Origin: Lingula anatina
Lineage: Eukaryota; Animalia; Brachiopoda
DNA: 64,000 nucleotides
Assembly (NCBI GenBank): GCA_051362555.1
Contig: CM120642.1
Coordinates: 27,094,001 to 27,158,000 of the forward strand
Direction of reading: 5' to 3'
Positions 40,208 through 55,100 of this stretch are shown piece by piece. The notes under the pieces were generated by a model that worked only from the letters and a program-made list of their open reading frames with translations, was not told where the DNA came from and searched no databases. The translations under genes were made by a program, and so were the position numbers. Position 1 is the first letter of the stretch; every line of letters begins with the position of its first letter.

Positions 40208-42906
40208 AGATACTACTTTATACTGATAAACAATCATGAGGTCTTTTAAGACTTCAGAGAGTGTGAAAAATTTATCACTTGTACTTTTTTTTAAACATTT
40301 ACTTTTGTTTGTTTCAGCTTGGTTTTAATGTAAGAGGAGGTAGAGAACACAACTGTGGAATCTATATATCAAAGGTAACAAATCAAATCTCTATCACTAG
40401 AAATGGTGCAAATTTCTTGATCTGCAAGAGGTCTCAAAAATCTATTTCTATAGAAATCTCAAATTTTGATAAAATACAATGTAGGTGTTTATTATATACT
40501 TGGCATAGAGTACGATGTTGTATTCAGGGATTTGCTATGTGGTTAAATTACATATTTACCTCCCAGATCCCACCAAAAAACATAATATCTACTTTGACGC
40601 CCCTACCCAATTGTTTGATAATGTTCCAACCAGTCACACACATGATAACTTGAGGTTGTCCCATTGTTTTGATATCAATAAAATATAAATCAGCAAGACA
40701 ACATACTGACCCAAAGCAAAGTCAATAATTGTATAATATGAAATGAATGTGATGCCAATACATTTCTATTTATGTATATTTTCAATTTTAGTCATTATTA
40801 TGATTATTTTGTGCTTAATTATCTTTCTTGCCGTTACATGATAAACTCCTGAATGTTTTTATGCTCTGCATTTTCTGATTTATTAAGGTAACCCTGTTCA
40901 GTAGGTAAAAATTGATTAATTTTTTTTCTTTTTTAATTATTTAATATTTTTCATATAAATCTGAAGGTACTTCCCAACACGGATGCACAGAGACTAGGAC
41001 TGAAGGAGGGAGACCAGGTGAGATTTGCTGTTAAGCAGGGCTTTTCCCAAGATTGGGGGTACAGGCCGTCCGAAATTATCACCTTTCATTGCCTACAAAA
41101 TTTCAGGGTGTCCAAGTAATCATTTTTTCTAAAAAAATTCATAAGCCGTCTGGCCATCTTTGAAAATATCGGCCATTTAGTGAATCCAAATGGAGGCTGT
41201 CCAAATGACAGCTGGACGGTTTGCTGGGAAAAGCCTGGCTGTTAGGACAACTGCTATTTGCTTGTTTTACATACATTGATTCAGGAATATGTAAGTCCAC
41301 TGCATTACTTTCTGTTTGTAAAGTAAGAAAGAAGTGAATGGTGCCATTTTTTATTGATCAAATTTAGATAAAGATAAATGAATAAAGGGATTAAAATGTC
41401 CAGAAATTCAGCTATAAACCTGTTTTGAGAATGAATTAAAAACAACCTTAGTTTAATTTGTGGTCAGGTGTCAACATACTTTCTTTCATCCCTGAAGGAA
41501 GCTTGGATATTTTTAGTCTCTTTATTTATTTTTATATTAAGTTGATCTAATAAAAAAAGATGACACAATTTATTTATATCTTACTTCTGCAGTTAAAAGC
41601 ATGGTGGAGTCATGAATTTAAGAAAAGATATAATAATACACACATATGAGTGAAAAATATAAATGAAGACATTCCATTAATTTTTTCAGATAATAACTGT
41701 TAATGAAGCAGACTTCTTGAATGTTGAACATGCAGAGGTCAGTATGAAATTATGTTTTATCTGTAGTAGAAATTGAAGACCAGATTTATAAAACAGTAAC
41801 TATAAAGTTAATGTAATTTTGAATGAAGAAATAGATTCAAACCAGTGATGTATTTAGAGCTTTAATGTGTTGAGATTTGAATGCCTTTCAGGAGTCTTGA
41901 GCTTAATTGTTTTTAACACTAATATGAAGGATCAAAGTTTTAAAATATTAACATTTGGCGATATTATTTTAATGACAGATATTCATGTTCACTTTTTAGG
42001 CTGTAAAAATTTTAAAAAGAAACTTGGATGTGCAATTGACTGTGAGATATTTTCCATATGGTGAGTATTGTTACAGTAAGATTAACCTTCACATTACCTG
42101 GGGTAGCGCTAACACTCGGCAATCTAACCAAATGTTTTAACAGACTTAAAATGGCTAAACAAAATAGGGTTGATTTGACTTGTTTTAGTTAAATTCAAAC
42201 CATTAGGAGAAAGTGATGAATAAGGGACCATTTCCAGACCCTGTCGTACTAACTGTGGATTGATCTATCTCATAGGGGATTCTTGCTAAATTGCAATCAA
42301 CTTAAGCGGCTTTGTTGTCTGTCACACCTACTGAAGCTGCTAGGGAGTAATTAATTATCGATTAGCAGCTACAGTAGGTGTGCCAGACATATAAGCTGCT
42401 TAAGCTGAAAGCAATTTAGCGAAAAACCCCTTGGAGATGGATTGATCCTGTTAGATCAATCTAGGCATGGGAGCCCAGCCTGAGCAGCAATTTGGCAAAG
42501 CAAAAAGAAAAAAATCTACCCAAGATTACGTCCCTAAAAGAGGAAAGGTCAATGAACAGATTTCAATAATAGATTCTTCACATAAACTTAAATTCAGAGT
42601 TTTACCTTATTACACCCATAGCCTCTTTCTCTGATGACAGTATTTTGAGAGACATTGGAGTATTGGAATTGAAATTGTTTGATGCATCTATTATTCTATG
42701 TTGAAGTGAATTAAGAAGTTGATAAAATTCTTTGTGATGAAAGGGATTTTAGGTTAATAATGATATTTTCATAAATAGTTTTGATTTTTTAAATTTTAAG
42801 TTACAAACTCCCATCATGCTAGGGCTCTGATTGCATATTGTATTCTTCTTTAGGTTATGATAGAACATATGGCAAGATACGTCCACTTCGGAGTGCCACC
42901 CAGTAG
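39372..42906 (+). CDS. PDZD11: PDZ domain-containing protein 11-like, 150 aa
   Basis: Exons 39372-39467, 39938-40024, 40318-40374, 40967-41017, 41690-41737, 42000-42060, 42854-42906. LPAYELPPKWIP, HPDYNNDLRKFLPR, LGFNVRGG...GIYISKV, VRYFPYGY match PDZD11. Confidence 0.95.
40156..40206. repeat. (ATT)n microsatellite
   Basis: Direct reading. Confidence 0.9.
41036..41237. mobile_element. hAT-like MITE in PDZD11 intron 4
   Basis: TIRs CAGGGCTTTTCCCA / TGGGAAAAGCCTG; flanks GCTGTTAAG / GCTGTTAG (degenerate ~8-bp TSD). Confidence 0.7.
42224..42480. mobile_element. Foldback MITE subfamily A
   Basis: Homologous to 7057-7313; flanks TAA/TGA. Confidence 0.85.
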
Positions 42907-45900
42907 AACATGCTGCCCTGGACGTTGGATAAACAGCTGCCATTCATTCCAAAGCCAATACTGTTATTATTAGTGATTTTTTTTCATTATCATCAAACCA
43001 CATCACAATACTCATATTAGAGGCATCACTGGATGAAAGATCTTTAATTTTTTATTTTTTATGGGAAACTTCATTTTCTATTAGTTTGTAGATTGAACAA
43101 AGACTGTTTATATTGAGACAGCTGTTACAATTTTTTGTTATTGGGGAATATTTAAAATGAGTACTTCTTGGGAGTTTTTTTTTTTTTTTTTTAGTAATTT
43201 TCATGTACTTCCAGATTTTGTGAAATATTGACAGGATCAAGCTATTTAACTGTTACATGAAATCAATTCAAGAGTATATCATGTTTCAAAGTAGTTAGAA
43301 ACACATTTCATGATATCAAGACCACCAAGAGTTATGTTTTAAGAAACATTTGTTCATATCAGCCTGCTATAATTTTATCTAAGCTGTACATTTATAAAAA
43401 ATTTATAAAGCAGAGAAACACTATCTTAATTGTGCTTTATCTCGTATATAATTGGTTGGATTGACTTCACATCACTGTCCAACTAATGAATAATTTTTAA
43501 ATGATCATTTTATTTTTTCAAAAATTTGTGCAGCTGGTTTCAGACAAATTTTCAATTAGCTTGATGGAAGAAATAAAATGGAGTCATCACAACAAATGAA
43601 ACTGATTATCTTTATTGCATATAATCTGCAATCAATAAAACAGAAAACTGAAAGAAAGATAAAGTGCTAACAGACAAATGTGCAACAAACCCAAAAAATA
43701 ATCACAGAGAAAATAAAACATAACATGGATAAAGTATGGCTTGGCCTTTCAATTGTGAACACTTTGTACCTTCAAGCCAGCTCAAGTTGTAAACCCTGCT
43801 ATGCAATAAAATTATATTGCACAGGGGAAATAATAATACTAGAGAAATACTGAAAAATAAGGCTATAAATATAACCAGAGAGGTAATACTGCACCACTAG
43901 CAAGGTTAGGCACATCAAAGGGATTATAACATAGATGTAACTGAAAAAGCTTCCAAAAAGTTTTCATATCTACTACCAGATATATTTTATTTATATGGCT
44001 ATTTGCTCTTTAAAATTTTTGATATTTCCACCACTGGAGAAAATGTGTTAACAATAAAAGTGCAAAAAAACTGGCTGGTGGTACAGTAACCCTTGATCAA
44101 AAACCACTTCTTTGAGTCTAACAGTTGAAAAAAATCAATACTCAAAAACAAGACTGTTTACCGTGCATGTAGGTTTCCTATAACTTAAAGATTATTTTAA
44201 AAACGTGCATATGAAAAGTATTTAATAATTCTTGGCAAAGGACTTCAACTCTGCTGTATCATTTTATACTAATGATTGACACAGTCATCTTATTTTAAAA
44301 GCTTTTAAGCTTAACTTTTTCTTCTTACACAAAAGTTTATAAGAGTAATAATCACATTTTTTATCTTTAAGCATGCAAATATGGCGATCATAATGAAGTT
44401 AATTATGGCCTTTCAAAAACGTTTCAAAACTACATATTCTAAAAACTTTTTTATCTGCATGTATGAAAATCAGTTTTGTTAATGCCTATTTTTTTAAACA
44501 TTTTTCAAAATGTACATAAAAATAAGCATTTATTTTCATTAGCAATCCAAAATACACATTAAAAATAAGAGATACCTATATCAACATATAGGAACCTCCT
44601 ATATCAACTTGAACATCAACAGCTATAGTGAAAGACTGCAAAATAAAACATACACAACCTGTTACAGACCATAGCAGTGTGTATCAAGTCTCCCACACTT
44701 TACTTACATTCAGCCAGCTCCACCCCAAGTCTCAGAGACTATTTGATTTGTAACCAGAACATTTTGGATCAAAGAAGGGATGCACTTTATGACAGGTTTT
44801 ATATCAAAATTCAGAACAATAAGCTTTTTATGTATGAAGAGAAGGAACAACCCTCGAGAAGAAATGGCAAATTTCAAGTACCAAAAGTCATGAGTAAATA
44901 CTGAAAAAACTTAAATAAATTGACCCTTTTTCATATTCAAGTTCTTTTAAATGTCTTAGAAAAAATCAAATTTTTAAAGATTTTTATTGAATTACCAAAT
45001 GTAGTACAAATTTAGGATTTAAATATTGTGAAACATCAACCTTGAAAATTTTGAATGAATTATTATTACTCCAAATCACCATGTATCTGCCTTGTACAAT
45101 TTTCTGGACACAGCAGAGGCACGTTGATAAGACAGAAGCGAGTTTCCAGCAACCTTTGACACTCGGGGTGCTAGGGTCTTCCCAAGCTGAACAAGACTTG
45201 TGTGTGCATTAAAATGTTTAATACAAACTCCCTGTAAGTTTGAATCTTTGACATAATGTAGCAGCATGTGACAAAAACTTTAGTATCCCATCACAACAGT
45301 TAAGCCTAAAAATTTGCTGGCCTGAATGGTGTGACCTGTTAGCTTACTATACTGACAAACTGTTTCAATTTTACTGGTATTTGGAATGGGACCAGTGTTT
45401 ACATCACTGGTATAACAGAAATAGCTGCAGACCCACAACCCTGCAAAAAGAGTGATACTCAACTCCCATCCGCTATGTTGACATTCTTCATAAGTCAACT
45501 TCCTGTAATTTGGAAGATCTGGAACATACGACTGTCACAGCAAACGCAATTATTATATTTCAGTTCCAAATGGCACGAACTCCATCCCTGCACGACTTCC
45601 TGTAAAACTTAATATGATGAAATATGAGGACTGCTTGTTAGTTCATGGCGTGACATGAAATATGCTACAGTCGCGACATGTTTGTGCAACAAAACAGTCT
45701 GTACAGATGTGTTACATTTGTTGTGATGTTACAGTGCCTTGCATACATAGCAATTTGTGTAGTGACATTTGACAGTATCCTAGGCGTTCACTACAAAAAG
45801 TCTCAAAATTGATTGTCAATTGCATGAAATTTATATTCACATCATGACAGGTTTTGCCTGCACTAGGGCTCATCACAGCATTTTTGGTGGTGAAATTTCA

Positions 45901-46250
45901 TGTTCACCATTAAACCTCCATCTGTAGTTGTTTATATTTATAAACAGACCTTTCTGTCTCTGTATATATATATATGAGGTGTGGTAACAAACTCCAGTTA
46001 ACATATATCAAGATGCAAATTACATTAGATATTGTAAATAATTGATAATAATGAATACATTCAAAATATTTAGTTTCTAAAAACCCTCAATACTTCTGGA
46101 GTCTCATTTAGCTATGACATAGTGTTCTTGATTAATTTCAAAATGGAATGTCCAACTAGGTAAGAGATCTATTTAAAGTTAAGATACTTGAAGATCTGAA
46201 GAAAGTTATTATTACTATTCTTATACATCTAAAATCGATAATAACTGTAT

Positions 46251-46284
<34 letters not shown>

Positions 46285-46978
46285 ACTGCAAGAGGAAATG
46301 AAGTCAACTTGCCACCTTCAACTACTTTGGAAAGTTGTGTGATCAGATGACAGAGGAATAATTGGGTCCTTCTGAAGTCTGGTCACACATTTATGAATAA
46401 ATAAATATTTATATTAAATAAATAAATAAATAAAAACAGTTATTGTATAGTGACCATATGATTCCCTTCAAAATGTAGCCTAACATGAAACCTTTTAAAG
46501 CCTAAGGCTTATTACGCTATGAAAACCCTAGCCTTAAATACCAAATGACCCAAGCCCCTGCACAAAATAAGACACACACAACCGAAGTTTTAGGAAGAAG
46601 TTAAGAGACAATTTTAGGTGTCTATAAAACATCATCCATTAATATAAAGATTAGAGTTATATAAGATTATATAAAAGGTTTTGGGAAGGGATTTCCATCT
46701 AATATGTGTATAGATTTTTGAAAAGATTACATTAGAGATCACATGTCAGAAGACCATGGCAAATGTGTTTTAAAACTATTTTGAGCAATTAATGTATAAA
46801 TATTATGTTTTTGTTTAACTTTGGAAGTACAGTTCTTTCTTGGCATTATCCAAGTATTTATTTTATTCCCTTCTAAAACTAAATTACTTTCCTATAATAT
46901 CATAAATTATACAGATCTTGGCATTTACCATCATTAAGTTTCCCTATATATGATAAATCGCTTGTATATACACAAATA

Positions 46979-49121
46979 TTATACATCTTCATCATGAAAA
47001 TCGGATAATTTGAAATTTTCTTCATCTTCCAAGGATTCTTCAGATTGTGCAAGACTGTCTGAGAAGGCTTTGATGTGGTCATAGTTAAGACGAGGTATAG
47101 TGATCTGTTCTGGATATATCCACGGCTTGAAACTGGGATTATTCTTAGACTTCCAAGATTCGTAATTTTTGGCCGCCTTCTGCAGTCGTTGTATAATCTG
47201 AAAATGAAATAAAAATGTACAAATCAATCCTCAATAAAAGCTTTTCTTATGGTGACATATCTACAACCATTTGAGTTGATCCATATACTATAGCCTATAT
47301 AATAAATGGCAGGAAATAATTGCACATTCAGCTTTTTATATGACAAATAATTTCTGGCATTAAGTATCAACTTTATCAAAGAGTCAACCTTGTAACAGAC
47401 AGTATGCAGGTACAAAACAGTTATTCCACAGTGTATTTCCTCCCCATTAGAACATAATACAATGCTATCTGTCTTTTATAAGAAACACAGAACTAAAAAA
47501 TTTTACTGAGGAGAAAAAACAGAACAGTAAACCATCTACAACAAATGTCAATACTCCTGCATCTTAAATCAAGTGCTCTCAAAATGGTATTCAATTTACA
47601 ATGTAGCAACAGTTACAATGACTCCTAAATGGCTCCAGTCTGCCACCAAAACACCACAGATACCATTTTATTGCGAAGTTTCACATTCATGCTAAAGACA
47701 TTTTACATGTAGATCACTTAATAACCATCAATTTTACAACAGATATCATCTTTCATCCTCTCTAGTGATCATGAACCTAGCCCAGAAAATCCAATGATCA
47801 GAAAATTTGATAGCTCTATGGATGCTGGCAGAGATTCTCAACAATGAGCAGTATGGAATACAGCTCTGACTGATTATCAAACAATGAAAATCCAGACACA
47901 AACACTGTCATCTCTACCTTTCTAGAAATCAATGAAATGTCTATCTATTAAATATGACTGTCTGTTTGACTTGACTTATAGCACTAACCTTGTTTCTCAT
48001 GACATATTGATGTTTCCCACAGTCAAATGCATTTAGAAGTGATTTTAAACATGGAAGAGGTGCAATTGAGATTTTTTCCCCCTCAATCATTAATTCAACT
48101 TTCTAGTGGCAAAATCGGTCAAACAAGAAGACTATAATTTTCCCTTACTCTCACACTAAACACATTGACAATGTTCTGAATAACAAGCCATTCAATTTTC
48201 AATGCTTCAATTAATTGTTGCTTGGCTTTAATCTTTTTAAGAGGGATTCAAAACCATTAAGCACTTTATATTAACATGATTTAACACTTGGGTCCCATTC
48301 TAATCCATCATTACAAAAAATATTTGCAGACTTAATCCTGGAAGTTGAAAGTTTTATAGGGAATCTTTGTAGAAAAATAACTGACAACACTGCTGAGCAG
48401 TAATCAGTCATCTTCTGGGACAAAATAAACTCCTTAAAATGATCAAAAACATTTTATGTTTGCCAAGATTTGAAGTCAAACTGTACAATAAGGTGAAAAT
48501 TTGAATTTTTTCTTTGTTGTTGTTGTTGTTGTTGAAAGAGTCCTGAATGCAGTTTCGTGATCTAGGTTTACTCACTAGCATACAACGATATGGTATTAAG
48601 TGGAATGATAGTTTGCTCCTATTGTTCCTTTGGTATCAGCAGTGCCACCTTACTTTTTACTTAACACAGGAAAATATCAGTATGGGGCAACCTTAGAAAA
48701 CAGAAGTGTACTAGAACACCTAGTTTGAACCCTTCAGATGGTGTTGTGTAAGGTAGTTTTAACCCTTTAGATGGCATTGTGTAAGGTGTTATCCAGGGTC
48801 AAATCCATGGGGTTCTAATGGTTATTGCTAAAAGTCTATGACCCCATTCCCAGAGATTAGATCGATCTACTTTAGATCAACCCAACTCCCTGAGGGTTCA
48901 CGCTAAATAGCTGTCAGCCGAGCAGGCACGAAAGTTAATTACCCCCTTACAGCTTGTAGTAGGCGGGACGGACATTTAAGCCGGATTATCTGACAGTAAT
49001 CTAGTGAGACTCCCCGTATGGATAGATTGATCTAAAAGCTCTGGGAATACACCCTATGACTTCAGGATTCAAATGGCATGACAGGCCAAAGACACTTTGT
49101 AGAAGGGAATCAGATGATGGG

Positions 49122-49166
<45 letters not shown>

Positions 49167-52100
49167 ATACTCTCACTGGAGTTTTCCTAGGATCTGTAGC
49201 ATTGACCCTTGCTCCTTTCCTTAACTTGTGTGTCACAGATTTATGCAAAAACAGATGACGCAAAACTACACAATTTGCAGAAATGTTGGTGCTAAACATT
49301 TAAAATTGTTACCTTAGGAGCCAGCATGGTTGTAAGTTTATTAACTCCCCAACTTGGCAATTTGCCTGAAATGTAAAAATTGTATAAATTTTACAATTGG
49401 TTCATTCAATAAACTGGCAATGACTGAAGAATTTACTTTTATTCTTAACTTTTTTAATGCTTCCCAAGTAGCAAGTATAATCAATATTTAAAAAATGCAC
49501 CTTAAACAGTAAAAAATTCAATGGCTTAAAAAAGTACCTTTCAAACACATTGGCAAGTAAAGCGCTCTTCATATTTACAAAACCACTCAATTTTATCCCA
49601 AACAAGAGAAGCAGTACTCCTGCAGCATATTTTCAGGAAATAATCTTTAAATGCACATTTTTGCATGAGATAAATGGGTAACTAAACTCAATTGATCGTT
49701 CCTGTTATGTGATAGCTTGTGAATAATATGCCAAAGTACACAGACAATTGGACTATAGGGTGCAATAAGCTAAAATATGTTAAATTAAGAAAAAATGAAA
49801 AAAAAAGAAACATCTTTTATCTAATTAATTTGCAAAGTCTGATAATCATGATCGTCCTATGTTTTGCTGAAGTTGCATTTTCAGCTGGCTAAATTGAAAT
49901 GGATTTGTGCTTGAAGTCAAACTTGATATTAGTCTGACAGTATTTATCACATATTGGTCTGCCTAAATTAGTCCATAATAAATGTAGCACACATATTTTA
50001 GCGTGCAATTCCAACCACACAGCTATAAGCCATTGTCTAGAAAATCACACTTGAAATAGAAATTCATCAATTTTTTTAATGGAAAAACAAAATGTAGGTC
50101 ATCTTTTAGAATTTTTGTGAAATGCAACTTGTGGATTGAAATCTTTTGGAGCCTTTTGTTGAAACAAATTTGGAATTCAGTAATTTTATTTCTTATTCAT
50201 TGTTTTTTCCCAAACATGCAAAATGTCTTTATTTGGTATTTACATATTTTGTATGGCAAGCCAAAGCTAAAAGTGCTTTTCAATAGACAGGATCAAGTTT
50301 CCAAGTACTTAAGTGATCAAAATAAACACACAAACCTGACCTTGAACCCAGCTTCGATTAAATAAAACTGCCAGGGGAGGATTATTCTTGGGGCTTATTT
50401 CAAAAGCACCTTCACTCAGATCCCCCAAGTACACCCAACAATTGCGGCTTTAAAGGCACAACAGTTATGACACTTTCAAGATTATCTTCTCCCATTCATT
50501 TTTGTCAAATAATTTTCCTTTTCTCAATTCCAAAAGAGCTACAGGGTGTTCATCTCTCTGTTGTCACCTACATACCTTTAGGATCACACTGTGTCACATA
50601 GTAAAGTTGGCAACCCTTGGAATTTGATTCCAGAGGGCGCATCACATAGCCTGTGAGATAGGACATGCCACGAAGGAAGCCCTTCTTGATTGGAACTAAC
50701 TAAAATAAACAAAATAATAAAAAAAAAAACAGTTTTGTACATGTTGCATCAGGTGTGTGTGTGCCTGTGTACAAAGCTGTGTGAGTATGTGTGTATGTGA
50801 AACAAATGCTGTTGTATGACCTATAATTATTATCAGTCATTACACTAAAAAAAACTTTTATCAGAAAACTGATACATCAGCCATTAACAGTGATAAATGG
50901 ATAGATTAGATTTGTCAAGTCAGCATTCATTATTTGGTAACATTTAATTATTAAAACAATAAATGGATTTAGCACTTTTGTGTCCCACCTCATGGTTAAC
51001 TGAATGATTGAGAATCAAATATTCCTTTTCTGTTGCTAGCCATGACCTTTGAGTGACAAAGTCTCTGTTTCTTATAGGCCCTGGACATTTAACTGCAAAT
51101 AAAACAAATACCATCACATTACGTCACATACATATAATACATAACAGTGCACATACACTGTATCAAAAACCCCTACTCTAATCCCTTTGCTTACATTCAT
51201 CAATAATAACAGAAGCGTGGGTTTCTGACCTTTCTGTATGCACAAAGGAAATGTTTGATTTGAACAGCTGTAAGAGAACTAGTCAACTCAGGTGAATACT
51301 CAGGTATATGGCTTATTCAGCTGTACACCTGGACCAGGTGTTGATTTCTGCTATGTCAGGATTATAACTTTTAATACATCAACAGTTTCCAATGAAATTC
51401 ACTGCAAGAGAGTCATTTATTCATTATTTTGTCTCAATCAGAACCTAGGCATATCAAAATACTCATCTGTGGGGGAAAACATGTAATCCTTCCTTATTGG
51501 ACAATCGATTCAAACTGGAAATTATAACTCTTTTCCCCCTGCTGAGGGAGGAATAGTTTTGCCTCTTAGCAGAGATTCACATTATCTACATTGAGATCAT
51601 TTTGTCAGAAACAGACCATCTTTTCTGCAGGTTCTTGAAGAAGAGGGATAAAAATATTTGCATACGTTTTAGATAATACCCTCAGCAAAAATTAGTCCTT
51701 GAAGCCTTTTTATCAAGTAGAGTGCTAAGACATTCTTAGTCAATTCTTTTTTTATGTAAAAGTCATCTGATTAGTCAAACTAGAAATGTAAGATATTTCA
51801 TAATGACAAAATTCTCGACGAACTTCAGATTAAGTGCAAATTTTTTATCCACTCGGTGCCCCCCAAATCATCGATTCTCTCCTGTTTCTAGCTGGTTTAA
51901 TCAAGTGGGAAATTGTTACAGAAAAGAAAAATGCAATTTAACGAGGAAGATTCGCCCTGCTTAATTGATTTCCTCTCTGCTATGACACTGATTAAGCTCA
52001 AGCTTTGGAATAATTGATGGGTTTTCCTTGTTCTCTGTGACGTGAATAACACTTGTCTAGGACTTGGTCAATTGCCTTTAATTTCACCTGTCTGTTGGTA

Positions 52101-55100
52101 AAACCAAGTTAGCCTACATTAAAATATGCCTTTTGTGAAGCAACTTTGAAGAGATAAGACATGTACTTGTTGTAATATAACTGACATCTAAGAAATTGAC
52201 AGCCATATTCAGTCACTCACAATCCACATCAAATTTTTTACCCTAACAATTACTTGTTCTTGAGACCTGAAGCCCTTATGCAATTATTCAATTTCATGAA
52301 TTCAACACATTTTAAATATGAAAATATGATAAGAGTGTTACCAAACTGGTAAACAAAACTGAATATTGGACAATTACTTGAACTGAATACACCAATTGAT
52401 TTTAGATTAAGAATGAATTCCCTGTGCGAGTCAAGACATTTTTTCTCAGAGCCGAACTTGAAAATTGGATTGCTATCTAGAGAAGCAATCAAACCCTTTG
52501 GTCATTTCCATGAAAAAAAAACATCACAAGGAGAGATGAAATGAACCCAAGAAAAAATACTTTCATCTCCCTACCAAAAGCATCATTGACCTAGTCACTT
52601 TTTAAATGACTGTCTGCATGATATCTGAATTATCTCTAACTGTAGATCCATTATAAATTAATGGGAAATGCACTTCATTTCAAAATTTTAAGTTCTTTAG
52701 AGGGATATCATAGTTCAGTTGAATAATAAATCAAAACTCAATAAATAATTTTATATATATCTCAATATTCCTATTTTACATTTTACAAGATTTGGCTGTT
52801 CAAAAAAAATCAATAAGTTCAAATATAACCACTGATTTAAAAAATTTAATGCATGAGAGGAAATAAATAACATTTTATCATTCAATAGTAAGTCTACCAA
52901 AAGTGCACCACAATGAAATGTACACTGCAAGTAATAAAATACAAACCAAAATTTAAAAAATACAAGGTGAAAAAATGGGAGATATATCACTTAAAACAAT
53001 AGCAATAAAACATGCTCACTGGAGTGTAAGAAGACTGCCCCTCTTTTTTTGTTCTTAGGGCCCATAATTTATGAGCTATGGTCACTTTCGATCTATCAGA
53101 CTCCAGATCTTGACAGTTACAAATGATTGATTGTTATGGGCGTGGCACTTGCCAAGTGTGGCACTTGTCAAGCAAAGACAAGTGTGAAGACCCAAAAAGT
53201 TCAGTCAACTTGGACGATCCGCAACTTACAACACAACAGACATACAGTAAATGCACAAGTTTTAGTTGGACATAAAAAAATCAATTTCACCATTTGTCAT
53301 CATTTGTCTTCTCTCTGTATTTATCAAAATATTTTATAACTGAAAGTTATTGATATCAAACATGAATAAATAATATAAATAAATAATATAAAATAAATGT
53401 ACATGAAACAGTACTAAATTTCTGGACCATATGTTTTTAATAATGCTATTTAAAAACATATCATACACTCACTTGCATAATACCCAATATCATTGTTTGG
53501 ATTTAAACAGCAAACCTCAAAGCCCTCTATCATATTTGTGTCCCATACTCTCCTATATGATGGGTCATGAAGAACATCATACATTACATCTGCTGGGATA
53601 TCTTTAAATGTGCTAAAAACCTGAAAAAAGAAAAGAAATGAAAATTTAATACAGTACTTTAAAATTGCGCTGACTCAATTTAAGATTACCTTATATATGC
53701 AAGTCCTGCAAAACTACATGATACTTGTAGTGAATTGTGTTTTTCTGGTTTTATTAGAAGAGTAAAACCTTCAGTTTTACATTTCATTAGGCAGTGAGGA
53801 CAAGAAAGCAATCATAAAAACCATAAACGGCTTTATTAAAGAAAGCAATTCATTTGGCATCCATGGGGATACTTAATACTGGCAAGAAATACATCAAAGC
53901 TTTGAGGAATCCCCATATAGATCTTCTATTATGAAGTATTAATGCAGTCTGCAAAGTTAACTAGTGTCAGTATTAATTGATCTGGATCAGTGAAATTTCT
54001 GAAAAATGGTCATGTAGTTACTGGCCCGACTGGGACAGTGGATTTTTTCAGCTGTAACATCTACTCCAATATGTTTTATAAATGTTCATGCTAAATGTCA
54101 GTTCTTGTTGAATCCCATGATTCTTATTTTCAATTTTTCTTATTTTTAACAAGAAGTCGGTTTAATGTCAATGTGTTAATCTGAGTAATTTTCTTTTTAA
54201 TTGGACTTGGACCAGCAAATTTTGGTTTGGACCAGTAGATTCTCAGACCCTGGTGACCAGGATGGCCTGCAAGTCGAAAAGTTTTTGGCACAGACTGTTA
54301 ATGATGCCTGTATTGTTTTTAACGCTGGGAAATGCAGTGTAAAGTATAATACACTACTGCTTATTGGCAGTCCTGTTATGCTGCAATGAGTGAAATTGGA
54401 CAAATAGATATGACTATCAATTATTCATAGGGCACAAATATTCATGCAGCTGAATGTTCAGTATACTAAGCAATCAATCTTACGTAAAATGTGACAGATC
54501 TAACTAGGTACTATTTTCCATAACCTTTTCAATTTCTATAGCTTTATTTTCATGTCACATAAAAGTTACATTGTTTACTGACAGAATTATACATTCTCCT
54601 TTAAAATCACTAATAGTATAAATCGATCTCTATACACCCAGGGTCCATAACCACAGTCTTTTAGTTTGCAAATCAGATTCCCATTATTAAAGATTTAAGA
54701 CCTAAAGTGCTCCCTCTTTATTCCACTTGCCAAGTGTTAGTGTTAAATTAGTACAGCACAGTCAGACTAAGCCTAACAAAATGACAAATGTGACATCCCC
54801 TACAACAGTTTCCCATAAAAATGTCCTCAGCAGCACAGGAAATATTGATCACTGATAATCAGAAGTAGCAGCTGATATTGAAGTAGAAGACAGGCGGATG
54901 AATGAGGTCTGATAAAATGAATGATCATCCTGCATCTCATTATGAAGTACTAGTAAGGATATATTTGACTATTTTTACAAATGTGAAGCCAACAACTAGT
55001 GGTTTATTTATCTAGTATATGTAGCCAGTGAAACAGTCTTCTTTTTTAACGATCTGATTCCAAAACCAACATCTGATGATTTGAGAGAAAAGCATTTTTG

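Noticed and set aside
40086-44053. 26-bp match CCA(T/C)CACTGGAGAAAATGTGTTAACA at 40086 and 44028
   Set aside because: Too short to assign; most likely the end fragment of a dispersed repeat.
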